64,000 nt of DNA from the human T2T-CHM13v2.0 reference genome, Homo sapiens, in assembly GCF_009914755.1 (NCBI RefSeq), contig NC_060947.1. One strand, given 5' to 3'. The notes under the pieces are model-generated. The model made no database searches. It was given only the letters and a program-made list of their open reading frames with translations, and was not told the origin of the DNA. The translations under genes and the position numbers were made by a program. Below, piece by piece: positions 40,310 to 54,910 of this stretch. The first letter of the stretch is position 1. Each line of letters begins with the position of its first letter.

Positions 40310-43300
40310 TAGTGTGATGTTTAATTTTCACATTTCCCTTTGTTATTGATTCTAATTTTATTCCATATAAAGAGAAGATACTTTATATGATTTCAATCTT
40401 TTAAAGTTTATTGAGACTTGCCTTGTCATTTAACACATGACCTATTCTAGAATATATTGTATGAGGGCTTGAGAAGAATGTGTATTCTGCTGTTTTTTGT
40501 GGTGTGTTCTATTTATGTCTGTTAGTTCTAGCTGCTTTACAGTGTTATTAAAATCTTCTATTTACTTGCTGATCTTTTGTCTAGCTCTTTCATTCAGAAT
40601 TATAGGTGGAGTATCAAACTTTCCAGTGTTATTGTTGAACTGTTTATTTCTTCCTTAAATTCTGTTCTTGCCACATATATTTTGAGTTCTTTTGTTAAGT
40701 GCATATATATGTTTATAATTGATATACTTTCTTAATGAATTGACAATTTATTATTATATAATGTCCCTTTTCTCTTGTAACAACTTTTGTTTTAATGTCT
40801 AACTTATCTGATAATACTGTAGTCATACCCACTCTCTTCAGGTTACTATTCACATGAAATGATTTTTCCACCCTTTTACTTTCAAACTATGTGTGTATTT
40901 GAATCTAAGTTGAGTCTTTCATAGACATCCTAAGGATTGCTTGTGATTTTTTACCCATTCTGTCCATCTCTACCTTTCAATTGTAGATTTTAATCCATTT
41001 ATATAATGTGATAACTAATAAGAAAAAACTTAAATCTGCCATTATGGTTTTTGTTTTTTATATGTCTTATAGCTTTTTAGCTCCTTAATTGCTCATATAT
41101 TGCCTTATTTTGTGCTAAACAGTTATATTCTAGTGTATCATTTTAATTCTCTGGTAATTTATTTTACTTTATATATTTTATTTGTTTTCTTAGTGGTTGT
41201 TTGGATTACAATTAACACCTTAATGTACAACTATCTAGTTTGGATTAATATAAACATATTTACAATTAAAAAAATTTCTATATAGCTGTGTCTCCTACTT
41301 TATAAGACTATTGCCACATATTGCATCTTTATTTTATACATTGTGTGCCCATCACCATAGATTTATAAATATTGTTTTATGCAGTTGTCTTTTAAATAAT
41401 ATAGGAAAACAGAAGAGTTACAAACCAAAAATACATTAATACCGAATTTTTAATTTTCCTTTGTGGTTACCTTTAATAGTTCTTAATTTATTCATGGTTA
41501 CTGCCTGATGTTTTTTTTAAATTCAACCTGAGCTGTTTAGCATTTCTTGTATGGCAGGTGCACTAATAACAAACTCCCTCAGGTTTTTTTTTTCTCTGGT
41601 ACTATCTTAATTTTTACTTCACTTTGAAGGATAGTTTGTTGGATATAAGATTATTTGTCAACCATTTTTTGTCTTTTGGTATTTTGAACTTCTCATCACA
41701 TTGCCTCCTGACCTCCATGTTTTTTGTTAAAAAATCTGTTCTCACTCTTATTGAAGAGCCCTTAGAATTGATGAGTTGCTTTTCTGATGCTGCTCTCAGG
41801 ATTCTCTTTGTCATTGTTTTCTGATAATTTGACTGTAATATATTACACTGTTGATCTCTTTCAGTTTATCCCATTTGGGATTCATTAATCTTTTCAGATG
41901 TGTGGTCATATCTTTCATTATATTGAAGAATTTTCTGTCATTATATCTTCAAATATTCTTTCTGCCCCTTTTACTCCCTCCTCTCTTTTAGGACTCCCAT
42001 TATAAATATTTTGGTACACTTGATCATGTACTAAAAGACTCAGGCTTTCTTCATTATTCATTATTTTACTTTCTGATTCTTGATTGACCTATATTTAAGT
42101 TTGCCATTTTTTCTGCCTTCTCAAATCTGCTAGCAAATTTCATATAAGTTACTGTACTTATTGACTCCAAAATGTTAATTGGTTTCCCTTTATAATTTCT
42201 ATATCCTTACTGATATTCTCTAATTGATGAGACATCATTTGGTTTTCTTTCGTTATTATTATGTGGTTTCCTTTAGCTCTTTGAGTATATTTAAAATAGT
42301 TATTTCAAAGTCTTTGTCTTGTAATTCTAATGCCTGAGTTCCACAATGAGAGTTTCTAGTAATTCTTTTGTCTATAGCATATTGGCTATATTTTACTATT
42401 TCATTGCCATACATATATATATATGTATATATATGCATATATACATATTTATATGCATATATGTATATATATGCATATATATGCATATATACATGTTTAT
42501 ATGTATATATGCATATATATGCATATATACATGTTTATATGTATATATGCATATATATGCATATATACATGTTTATATGTATATATGCATATATACATGT
42601 TTATATGTATATATGCATATATACATGTTTATATGTATATATGCATATATACATGTTTATATGTATATATATGCATATATACATGTTTATATGTATATAT
42701 ATGCATATATACATGTTTATATGTATATATATGCATATATACATGTTTATATGTATATATATGCATATATACATGTTTATATGCATATACATATAGTTGA
42801 AACCTGAGAATTATCATAACGTGGCAATTTTAGACATCATACATTCTCCAATTTCCATGATTTGTAGATGCTGCTTGTTGTAGTTGTTATTGTTTGTTTG
42901 TTTAATGACTTTTTCTGAACTAGTTTTGTGAAGTCTGTGTTCTTTTCATGTACCAATAAAATCTTTGCTCCATTAGCTTAGTAGTCAGCTAGTAAATGGA
43001 CACAGATTTCTCTATATGCCTGGGGAAAAAAAAAGTATTTGCAAATGAGCTCACCATGTATATTGGTGCCTGTCTTCAATACCCAGCCTGGCCATTCACA
43101 ACTCTGCTTTAGTTTTCACTTCCTGCTTGCACAAAGCTGGATGGTCAGCTAGAGCTGATGTTTAGGTCCTCAGGAATTTCCTGAGAATGTAACCAACCCT
43201 GGGCACATGTGTGGACTTATGTATTCCTAGGAATATAACAGAGTTTTGAAAGTCCTTATTCCCAAAGCATGTAATTCCCCAGACTCTTCCCAAGCTTTTT

Positions 43301-43800
43301 GGTTAGTTTATTGTTTGCTCCACCAGTTAACCATTTTCTCAGGCAACAGTGGCAAAGTGTTTGCCTTTAAATGTTTTCAACAAGTGTTCCTTGGGTAGTC
43401 ACCTTAGCAGTGGGAGAGTTAGGCAAGCCTTTTAGCCTATCTTCTGGGCAGCCACCAAACACGTCAAAGCAAACAACCACAATCTTTTGAGAAAAAGGTC
43501 TGTTCTGCTCTCTCTGGTACCACCAGTGTCTCTTCTTAGAATGTAGGTTGTTGTCTTTGATGGCACCATCTAGCTAAGCAATGGGATATGGCATCAAGGT
43601 AACTTTAAATTCCAAAAACTTCTCTCTTCCCATTCATATTCAACTGGTTTTTTCCTGAGTAAGCATTCCCCTAGTTGCTACAGGTTTTTGGTTAGTTTTC
43701 AGAGTTCAGAAAAAATTGATTGTGACAGGTTTTGCCAGTTTATTAGCTGCCTTTGTGGAGACATGCAACTTTGGAGTTATGTATTCTCCCATTTTCACTC
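40310..43800 (-). mobile_element. Old L1M (L1MD/ME-like) EN/ORF1/5' region
   Basis: ORF1-like remnant at 41614-41814 (RILRAASEKQLI..KGSSIR..DF) and L1M-type flanking sequence. Confidence 0.7.
42408..42796. repeat. AT-rich minisatellite, 26-38 bp units (e.g. ATGTATATATATGCATATATACATGTTTAT)
   Basis: About ten copies of ACATGTTTAT; four exact 30-mers at 42661-42780. Confidence 0.95.
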
Positions 43801-43904
43801 TAACTGATGAGCTTTACTGAGCCTTTTTGCTTAAATAACTTTTCAGCCTGAGTTCTTCCTATTTTGAGTACAGCAATAGTTGGTATTTTAAATCATGCAA
43901 GGCC

Positions 43905-44300
43905 ACTACTATGGACAAAATTGTGTCCACACAAAATTTATATGTTGAAATCCTAAGCCCCAAAGTGACTGTATTTGGAGACAGGGATTTTAGGATGTAA
44001 TTAAGATTAAATGAGGTCATAATGATGGGATCCTAATCTAATAGGATTGGTGGCCTTATGAAAATAGGAAGAAATAAGTTTTTATGTCTCTCCATGCACA
44101 TGCACAGATAAAAGGCCATGTGGGGACTCAGTGAGAAGGCAGCTGTCTGCAAGCCAGGAAAGGAGTCCTCACCAAAGATCAACCCTGTCAGACCTTGATC
44201 TGGGACTTCAGCCCTCCAGAATTGTGAGAAAATACATTTGTGTGGTTTAAGCCACCCAGTCTATAATATTTTATTATGGCATCCTGAGCAGACTAAGACA
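43905..44300 (+). mobile_element. MaLR solo LTR (MLT1A/B-like)
   Basis: ctatggac...gtatttggagacaggg...tttaagccacccagtct...gactaagaca. Confidence 0.8.
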
Positions 44301-45166
44301 ACCAACAATTGCTGATCTGTATTGCTTTCTGTTTTAAATCTCAAACTAGGTAATTCTTGCTTGTATGCATCCCTTTTTCGACACACCTTGCTAAATGCGC
44401 AAGTAACAACCGATACACACTACTAACATTCTGTTATTCAATCTCTCTTCCTAGAGATTCAGTCTTAGTAGGTCTTTTGTCTGATTTCCAAATTATCATG
44501 GATAATAAATTCATCCAGTATTTGCCACTGTACAACTTGGGTATCCATATCTCCAGTTTCCAATGTCAGCTTCCTTACTTCATACAAATTGACTACTAAG
44601 GGAAAGCCATACAATGTAGTTTTTAAATTATGGGTGAATCCCACTTCAAAACACCAAATTTATGTATTGCTTAGCATAGTGTCAGCTGTCGTTTAAAATA
44701 CACCACAATATTTCTGTCACTTAGAACAACAAAAGTTAATTTTTCACTTATGTAACAATATAATGTAGGTATTCCCAGACAGAAGGTAACTTTCTTCCAC
44801 CTGATGATTCAGAGAAAACAAAATCTTGTGCATGCTGCTGGCATCCTGAGCAGACTAAGACAGCCACCAATTGCTGGACTCCATTGTTGGACTTTCTTAG
44901 GAGAGACCTCTTTCAAGAAAGAGAAACTGGAAATGACACACTAGCTTCATAAAATCCATGGTCCAGAAGTGACATGCAGTACTGACTTACCTTATTAGGT
45001 ACAGTGTTCACAAGACCTAGAACTCATGAGAGTCTTAACAGCCCATAAAAAATGGTTTTAATTTTAACTTCTGTTAAAAACAGAAGAAAAATATGAACAT
45101 AATAATAACAAACATGTAATTGTGAATTAAGCCAGGATTATATTCATCTGTATATCAATGTAGTCA

Positions 45167-45533
<367 letters not shown>

Positions 45534-45584
45534 TCACTATGTGGGCCTTGTGATATTTTGGGTCATATTTTTTTGGGTGGGAAC

Positions 45585-46052
45585 GGTATCAGTTTCTGAT
45601 GGCTGCTGTAACAAATTACCACAAACTTATTGGCTTACAACAACTGAAATGTATTTTTTCTTACAATTCTGGAAGACAGAAATCCAAAGGAGATTTACTG
45701 GACTGAAACCAAGATGTCAGCAGGGCTGTGCTCTCTCTGCAGGCTCTGGAAAGAATCTATTTCCTTGCCTTTTCCAACTTCTAGTACAGCATCCTCTGCA
45801 TTATTTGGCTTTGAGGCTCTTTCTCCATCTTCAAAGCCAGCAAGATAGCATCTTCCAATCTCTCTCTGCATCCCTCTTAAAAGGAACCCTTGTAATTGCA
45901 TTTAGGACCCACTTGGATAATCCAGGATAACGTCCTCATCTAAAGAGACTTAACTTTCTTTATCTGCAAGGTCCCTTTTGCATGTAAATTAAAATTTACC
46001 AAGTTCTGTAGGTTAGGAAGTAATTATGAAGACCATTATTCAGTCTATCACA
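45585..46052 (-). mobile_element. MaLR solo LTR (MLT1C/D-like)
   Basis: gctgctgtaacaaattaccacaaactt...ataatccaggataa...ttattcagtctatcaca. Confidence 0.75.
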
Positions 46053-47874
46053 AGAAATAATCACATTGCTCCATTTAACTGCATGGATGTGGATAGAAAA
46101 CGTAGCCCCTCCTTGGGCTGCCACTTTCCAGAGATAACCCTTCACTGTGGAGGTAGGAGCAGGACAGCTATCTGACTCTGCCACACTCCTCCATAGGGTT
46201 TTCATAAAATTAATTGAGATAATATATATAAAATGCTTAGCATAGTGCCTGGCACATACTTAAACCTTGATATAGCATATCACCTATTATTCTGGTCACT
46301 CCTACTGTTCATTTGTACTATTTCTCTCCCACTACCTCTTATCCACTTTTTCCTGTGATGCTTTGTTCTTGACTCTTGGGGGCAAGGGTTAATATTGGGA
46401 AATATTTTTCAAAACACACTCTTGTTGCCCACATTTGGTGATCTTGCCTCAGCGTGGTATATCGTTTTCTCAGACTGCTTAATTAACCCCACCTGTCAAG
46501 GAATTTGGAAACATTTTCTAAGAACCAGATTCAGAAGCACTGTGAAGGAATCACACAAAGTCAAGTCAAGGTGATTCCTCAGAAAGGGTATAATTTACCT
46601 CATTCATTAACTTAGGTTGAGTTCTCTATACACCAAGAGGCCTTCCACCAGTGGACAGTAAAGCTTTTGTGTCCTTCTTGTAGAACCTTAGTCTTAATTA
46701 CCCAAGACCTGATTATTAGTTCCAAAGTCACCTTTACCCTAATGTCCTAGGAGGCCTTGAGTTTTTCACCCAAATACTCTCCTGGTAGCTTCTCTGATAG
46801 CTCAGTGTCTATGGCACATGTACACAACAGTATTGACTATGATCTATAATGCATCTTTTATCAGGACAAGTCTATTATCTTTGAAAAGCCTTTGTTTTTA
46901 TCTAAGGACCCTCTCCTTTCAGTTATGAGTCTCAGGCATGGCGTCTACTGAAGTTCTTCCTTAATCTCAGTTCTTGAGGATAGCATATGTTCCCATATTC
47001 CAGGAAGCATGAGACTGTATGCATAAATTGCTTTTGTGTAACACCCACTATGGGCAGCAGAGGTTAGCAGACACACCACTCTTTGAGAAAGAAATCTATA
47101 ACTTATTCCTACCCTGCCTCCTTTACCTTCCTTGGCTGAGTTCCAGGTGGAGAGGACAAAAGAGACTCCAGATAAGTCTAGGGACCTTGCTTTAATTTCA
47201 AAATGTCATCCTGGAAATTTAAAACCTGTGTGGATAAGCCACATGTCCAATACAGCGTTTCAAAAGAGTAGCAATGGCTGAGAGAAGTATTAAGGTGCAT
47301 GTACATTAGAACAACCTCATAAAAATGCTGGCATACCTATGTGGTATGGGGACAGCCTTTCTCAGTCTTCATGTCTCTAGGAGAGGGGATTCCTCAAAGG
47401 TTGAAGGAGAGCCAGAGTATTGAAAGAAAACTTTATATTGGCATCAGGACAATGCAATACGGGGGCCTCTATGAATTAAAGATCATGGCAGGACAGGAAC
47501 CAACTGAGCCAATGCCAGCAGGAATGGGTAGCAGCCAGCATGGAAAGGAAATAGCAGCAGAAGTCAATGTGGACAGAGGCTACCCACTTTGGACAAAAAA
47601 CCTCTCCCCTGACATGAAGGCAATACATGAGCAAGTCCCCTCCTTCTATGTTATTTAAATCATTGTGAGGGTTGGGAAGTAGGAAAAAGGTGGGAGAAAT
47701 CCTTGAATGTGACAGTGTATCATCCAAAAGAGAGAGGAAGAGTTCATAAATGACTAACTTAACCTTGAAGTGACTAGATACATTGATATGCTATTAAAAG
47801 GGTTGTGTGGTCAAGAGCGAAGTTCAGTGCAGTTATAGGAAAATAAAGCAACATTTTTTAAACTTCATAAGCTA

Positions 47875-48240
47875 CTTCAGGGAGATGTCCCCAAACTAAG
47901 GTTGCTCGAGACAAACATATGTGGAGAAAAAGGGAGAGAGAGAGATTTATTTTAAAGAATTGCCTTACGCAATTGTGTGGTTGGAAAATCTGAACTCAGC
48001 AGGGCTGGCAAGGTGGAGACCCAGGAAAGAGTTCCTCAATCTTTTCTCTTAAGGCCTTCAACTGATTAGATGAGGCCCACTCACGTTATGAGGGGTAATA
48101 TGCTGTATTCAAATTCTACTGATTTAAATGTTAATAACATGTAAATAATAACTTCACAGCAACATCTACACTGGTATTTAACAACAACAACAACAACAAA
48201 AACCAGTATCATAGTCAAGTTGACAAAAAATTAGCCAACA
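47875..48240 (+). mobile_element. MLT2-like (ERVL) LTR remnant
   Basis: gagatttattttaaagaattg, aggccttcaactgattagatgaggccc, gtcaagttgaca. Confidence 0.65.
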
Positions 48241-48750
48241 TACTCACCGTAAGAGAGAAGAATTTCAAAGAACTACATGTGAAAGTTATTTGGCCACAGA
48301 AAATACAGTCACATTTGTTTTTTATGCTATAATCCATCACCTTTCCCAAGGCAGATGCTATATGCAAAGCAGGCAATGATCAGCTAACCTCTGATCAGAA
48401 CCAGGACAGACCTTTCAAGGATGTAGCCCCCTGGAACAAGGAGGGAAGCTGTGACTTACATGACCTTCCAGAGGAGCATGCTGCTTTCACGAAGTTATGA
48501 AATGGATGAATGCAAGTTAATAGTAACAGGAGTACCACAGGTGCTGTTCCAAGATGACAGAGGACAACTAGCTTTATGCCATTCCTTGTAATATGTATTA
48601 GACACAAAAGGTAACAAGGGCAACCCAATTTTTTCTCTTCAGGACTACCTGTGGTTCTTAGCTCTGGCTGCACCTTAGAATCACCTAGGAGGCTTAAAAA
48701 ATATTCATGCCTGGACCCTACCTCTTGTTATTCTGATTTAATTCTCTTAA

Positions 48751-49083
<333 letters not shown>

Positions 49084-50903
49084 TGAGATAGTTCCCCATA
49101 TAATTTTTAATGTAGAAGTAGCAACATGTGAGCAAATAGATTATTAAAATAGGTTGTGATTAGTGCTATAAAAATAAATGTCAGGGAGAAAAACCTGTGG
49201 GCATAGCTAGACAAGAGTTATTGAGTTTTCTCGAGGGACTCAGTAATCATTCACCAGAAAGGTTATATTTAAACTGAGTTGTCTTTCTTAAGGCTCAAAA
49301 ATTTCAAGCCTGCAGAGAAGTACTGAGAATAATATAACCTCACCCAGATGCCAATCACACAGTACTAGAAAATGTTTATATTTTATTTTACTCCTTAAGA
49401 AATAAATAAAAATGAAATAAACAATTATAGATGTAGTTGACTTCCTCTTTATTCCTTTACTCAATCTCATCACCACCTGCCTTCCCCTAGAAGTAAGCAT
49501 TAACATAAATTTGATGCATGTATTTCCAGTTCACATTTTTATACTTTTACTTCATATATGTGTATTCATGAATTGTTTAGGTATTGTTTTAAAAAATATT
49601 TTTGAATTAAAATTGGCAAATAAATATATATTTATAGTATACAATGCAATTGTATACCTGTTAGACAGGTAGTTCTAATTTAGCAATTTGGGTGCTCAAA
49701 CAATATTCCATCATATGAACATTTCTATTATACAATTTAGTCATCCATTCCTTTATTGATGGATATTTCAGTTGTTTGCAGTTTTCCCTTATAGCGTTGT
49801 TGCCATGAATTTCCTGGCACATGTCTCTAGTTATACACTTGCAAGTGTATCTCTAAGACAGTAGTTCTCAATGGGTTCTACACATTCGAATAACATCGGA
49901 AAATTTTAAAGAACGCATAAACATTTCTCATTTCACGTAGATGGAGTAGTTCGTGGTAGGTCAATGCTCCTATAAAGAACACCTAAAAAAGCCAGATAGA
50001 TTACTAAAATCTAGTTTTAAATGTATCTGAAAACTGCAGAAGCAATTAGGATAAAAGGGAAAAAGATTCCAGAGAATAAAATCTTTCCAAGCTGTATTGA
50101 GTATCTGTAATTTGTTGTCCCCCGCTTCCCCCGTACCACCACCACCCCAGGAAGATTTTGCCAGTTCCAGCCAAGGGCAGCACCTGGGGAATTAATAATC
50201 CAGGTGAGCTTTTGGTGTTCACAGGAAAATGAGTGACAAATTTGAAGACATGGGGGGAATAAAACACACAACCAGAACCTTGCTCAAGGCATTTGCTGAT
50301 TTCCAAAGCTGTACAGGATTGGAGGCTAAATATAAGTAGAAATGTCCTCTGAAAAGCAGAATGGAATTCCATATACTCTCTCAAGGCTACTCTGAAGTCT
50401 TTGTCTCCTAAGACTCTGTGGAGACAAAGACTTCACCAGAGAGTCTTAGGAGACATAGACTTATCATGTAAGGAGACAAAGACACCTCAGGGAAAGTGGC
50501 TAAGAACCCAAATGGAAAGATTTGGAAATCTTAAAGGGAGTGCTGAATTTTCAACAGCTTTCCCAGGGGAAAATTGCCAATCAACCAGAATGCACTTAGA
50601 TGCTGACAATCCAGATTCAGGCAAAGATAGAGGGATGTCTATGGAAGCTGATTATATGCACACCCTATCACTCAGCAATTCCATCCCGTGGTTTATACCC
50701 ATAAGGAAAGCATACATTTATTCACTAGGAGACCTGCTTAAGAATGCTTAGAGAGATATTATTTATCAAAGCTCATAAACTAGAGATTGCCTAAATATCT
50801 ATCAACATTAGAAGGGATAGACAAAATGTGTTTTCATAAAACAAAATACCATGTAACAATGAGACTGAAAACTCTGTAACTATAAGCAATCATCCAGTGT
50901 TGA

Positions 50904-51289
<386 letters not shown>

Positions 51290-52479
51290 AATTTAATTTA
51301 TATAAAGATTTAAAAACAGGCAAAGTAATTTGTGATGTTAGGAATCAGGATAATTACACTTGGGAGGTTACTAACCATAAGGTGGCATGAAAGCGGCTTC
51401 TTTCTTGATCTGGGTGCTGATTACATGGATATGTTCTCTTTGTTAAAATTCATTGAGCTAAATACTTATGACTTGTGTACATTTTGTATGCATAGTGTAC
51501 TACAATAGAGAGATAAAAATTAAGATAAACAGAACAACCAACCAACTAATAAACACATATGCACAGGCCTCACCTCCAGGGATATGGTTTCAATTAGTCC
51601 TTGGGAGGTCCAGTTACCAGCACTTCTCATAGGTTTATTGGGCAATATAATTTTTTCCATCAGCACTGGTTTCTCTAATTTTTGCCCATTTTTTCTCTTA
51701 GATTATGTGCCATTTTCTTATTGCTTTTGTTGGCATTTATTATATCACTAATCATGTGCCTGGTATACTTATAGCAAATATCTTATTCTTGTCTATAATT
51801 ATATTTTCACTTTGTTTAAGATGTATTTTGTCAGTTCTTGAGGTTAAATTTTCCAGTATTCTTCTGTATATGTTTTACTTTTGTTATTATTTCAAAACTC
51901 CTTCCCCATTTATTATTTTATGATATGCTATTAATACTTTTAAAGTTTACTTTTTACATTTAGATCTCTAATCCATCATGAATTTATTCTAGTATGTGGC
52001 AAAATGTAGGGTTCTCATAATTTTTTCTACACTGCCAGTATAGATGTAATCATCACTTCCTCAAAGATTTTTTACTCCAATTCCATCATATATCAAATTG
52101 GTTTACAGTTGGGCAAAATCATGTAACACAAGCCTATTTTATAATAAAGTGTTGGATACCTCATGTAATTTATTACATATTGTACTGAATGTGAAAAACA
52201 GAATTGTTTCACACCATCATACCATTAAAAAATTCTAAATCAGACCATTGTAAGTCAAGGACCATTTATAGTAACACTTGGAAGTTGCTGTCATAAAAGA
52301 GCATCAGAAAGACGTGATGAAGGCTTCCATAAAGCACAAGCTCAGAGGTGATACTTCACAAAACTGGATTCCTTCTTCCAAGGCACAGTATACTAACTTT
52401 AATCAGAGATCACTACATGATGTTGTGCTCCCAATAGGAAGAATTCATGAGTCAGGAAGCAATTGATGGAAAATGGAGT

Positions 52480-53985
52480 GACCACACTCGCATTACTCTC
52501 AATGGCCCACTGGGGAACTTTGCAACCTGTCCCTACAATTCTGGGATTTGTAGGGTTGCAAGTAATGATCACCAAAGGAAAAACACTTCTGCCATGAAAT
52601 TCAGCAAGTGTCCCATTGAACTATAAGCTATGGATGCTGCCTGAACACTTCAGGATCTTTATGGTCAGGGAATATCAGGCAAGAAAAGGAATCACATCAT
52701 TTGCTGTGGCCATCCTACAGACACAGGGTGGATTCTCACCCAAAACTTGGGTCAGGTGTCAAGACTGATTACATCACACACACACACACCAGGAAAGCAG
52801 GACAGGCCTCCTAAGCTGGTCAAAAAATGGCTTGAGAGAGGAGGGAAAGGAAATAGGCTTGGGCTTTTATGATTGTTAGGGGTTGAGGCAACTGTGAGGG
52901 TTTCTTTGTATAGGCAGCAGCTTGTTTGGCTGGAAATTCTCACTAGCACCAAAGAAGTGAGTGAACTGGCTTACTTATCAGCATACCCAGATGTAGGGCA
53001 TAAAGGAAAGAAGTAGAAATAAGACTTATAAGATGTCAAATATTAAGAAAACGGAGTTAGACTCTTTATTACACCATTTAGTCAAGGGTAATTGATCCCA
53101 ATCATTAGAAGGAAGAAGATATGTTGTTACATAATGGGACAAGTAGAATATGTTTGACATTCAAGTGATCCACATGAGTGCCTCTTTATAATTCCTTGCC
53201 CAATTTTGATGGGAAGTGGAGATATGAAGTAATCTTGGTCAAAGAATGCTATGGTAACTGGTGGCTCAATACTTGTCATGGATGTGGTTTTTAATAATGT
53301 CATCAGGTGAGCTATGGAGATCAGCTAAAGGGAAGGAGAATCTAGAATAGATAGTGGAGGGGAATGAAGCATTATCAGTTGTGACAATGAGACCAGCTGC
53401 AGCAGCAGAAGCTGTAGTTCATTCTACCAAATGTTTCCTTCTAAGCTTCCTCCAGGAAGAAAGATTCACCAGAATCCTTAAGTAAATACTTCCAAAACTT
53501 ACAGAAAGAAGTAGATTTCAGCAGACAAGGAATTGACTGTGTTGGACATGGAGGTGTGCCATACAGATTTCTCTTCAAGAAAGGACTTGTTGTTCTAGTT
53601 GCTTAGGAGTCCTGTCAGCAGACAGGCTTCAGCTTTCAGTCCCTTCAAGGGCTGCCTTAGTTGCAGAGATGTCTTGCCCTCAATCATTACCTTTTCTGGT
53701 CAGCTCATATTCAATGACTGACCAAGGTAGATGTGTGAGGGTCCAGCTATTTTGACCTAAAACAGAACAACTCTAACTGGCCATTTTAGCTCCAGATTTC
53801 CTTGTGCAGTCAACCAAGGTTGTTGCTATTTGGACCTGCATGTTGGCTTGACTTCAGCCTCTGCCTAATTTTGCTTCCTTCCCTTCCATTCTATAGGCAT
53901 CAATCCCAAGGGCCCTCCCTAACAAATGTTCTGTACTATAAACTCTGCTTCAGGATCTGCTTCCTGGATAATCAAACCTGCAACA
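52480..53985 (+). mobile_element. Ancient ERVL-class internal remnant with downstream LTR (~53540-53985), interrupted by another LTR-like piece (~52715-53075)
   Basis: ERVL-int-like motifs (cccattgaactataagcta, gtaattgatccc) and a TG...CA bounded terminal segment. Judged by eye. Confidence 0.45.
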
Positions 53986-54034
53986 TCCCCACTACTACTA
54001 CTACCAACTTCTGTATTACTTGGAGTAAGGCTAG

Positions 54035-54205
54035 TGTTATGGGCTTAATGTATCTGTACCCCTAATATTCATATTTTAAGGTCCTAATCCCCAGAGTGGC
54101 TGTATTTGGAGTAAGGTAGTAATTAATATTAAGTGAGGTCATAAGGATGGAGCTCTAATCTGATAAGATTAGTGTCCTTACAAGAAGAGACACAGGAGAG
54201 CTCTT

Positions 54206-54241
<36 letters not shown>

Positions 54242-54350
54242 TGTATGATGCACCAAGGAAAGACTATATGAGAACATAATGAGAAGGTGGCCATCTTCAA
54301 GCCAGGAAAAGAGCCCTCACTAGAAACAGAATTTGTCAGCACCTTGATAC
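54035..54350 (+). mobile_element. MaLR LTR fragment containing (CT)n at 54208-54236
   Basis: gtatttggag, gattagtgtccttacaagaagagac, cagcaccttgat. Confidence 0.7.
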
Positions 54351-54351
54351 A

Positions 54352-54910
54352 CATTTAATAACAACTCTCCATTTCTCCCTTCCTGCAGTCTCTAGCAATC
54401 ACTGTCCTATATCCTCTGCTTTTAGGAGTTTTACTAATTTTGATACTTCATATAAGTGGAATAATACAGGTTTCTATTTCTGTGACTGGCTTATTTTATT
54501 TAGCTTAATGTCCTCCAGATTCATCTATGTTGCAAATGGCAGGATTTCCTTCTTCTTTAAAGCTGAATAATAGTCCATTGTATGTAGAAACACATCCTTT
54601 CATCTATTGATGGACATTTAGGTTGTTTCCATATCTTGCCTATTGTGAATAATGCTGCAGTGGACACTGGTGTGCAAATGTCTATTTGAGATCCTGATGT
54701 CAATTATTTTTGGTAAATATCCAGAAGTGGGATTGCTATATAATATGGTAGTTCTGTTTTTAACATTTTGTGGAACCTCCATACTGTTTTCCATAATGGG
54801 TATACTTACAAAGGGAATTTGTCTGTGTATTGTTGTTGAATTGGTGTTTGTCAAGGAAGTGGGGGAGGAGGATCCAGGGCTTCCTATTCTGCCATCTTGC
54901 TGATGTAATT
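54352..54910 (-). mobile_element. Internally deleted L1MA-like element (5' terminus joined to 3' region)
   Basis: CAAGATGGCAGAATAGGAAG 5'-end motif at ~54880-54900 abuts ORF2-end/3'UTR sequence at ~54805. Confidence 0.6.

Noticed and set aside
42259-42817. Tyr/Ile/Met/His-rich ORFs in several frames, superficially array-like
   Set aside because: Translation of a stop-free minisatellite. There are no unique spacers, so it is neither a gene nor a CRISPR array.
46330-47760. Possible ancient LTR-retroelement internal region (CA followed by TTTGGTG at ~46430) and 105-aa ORF 47341..47658
   Set aside because: No protease, RT or integrase motif could be confirmed by eye. Left uncalled pending a Dfam search.
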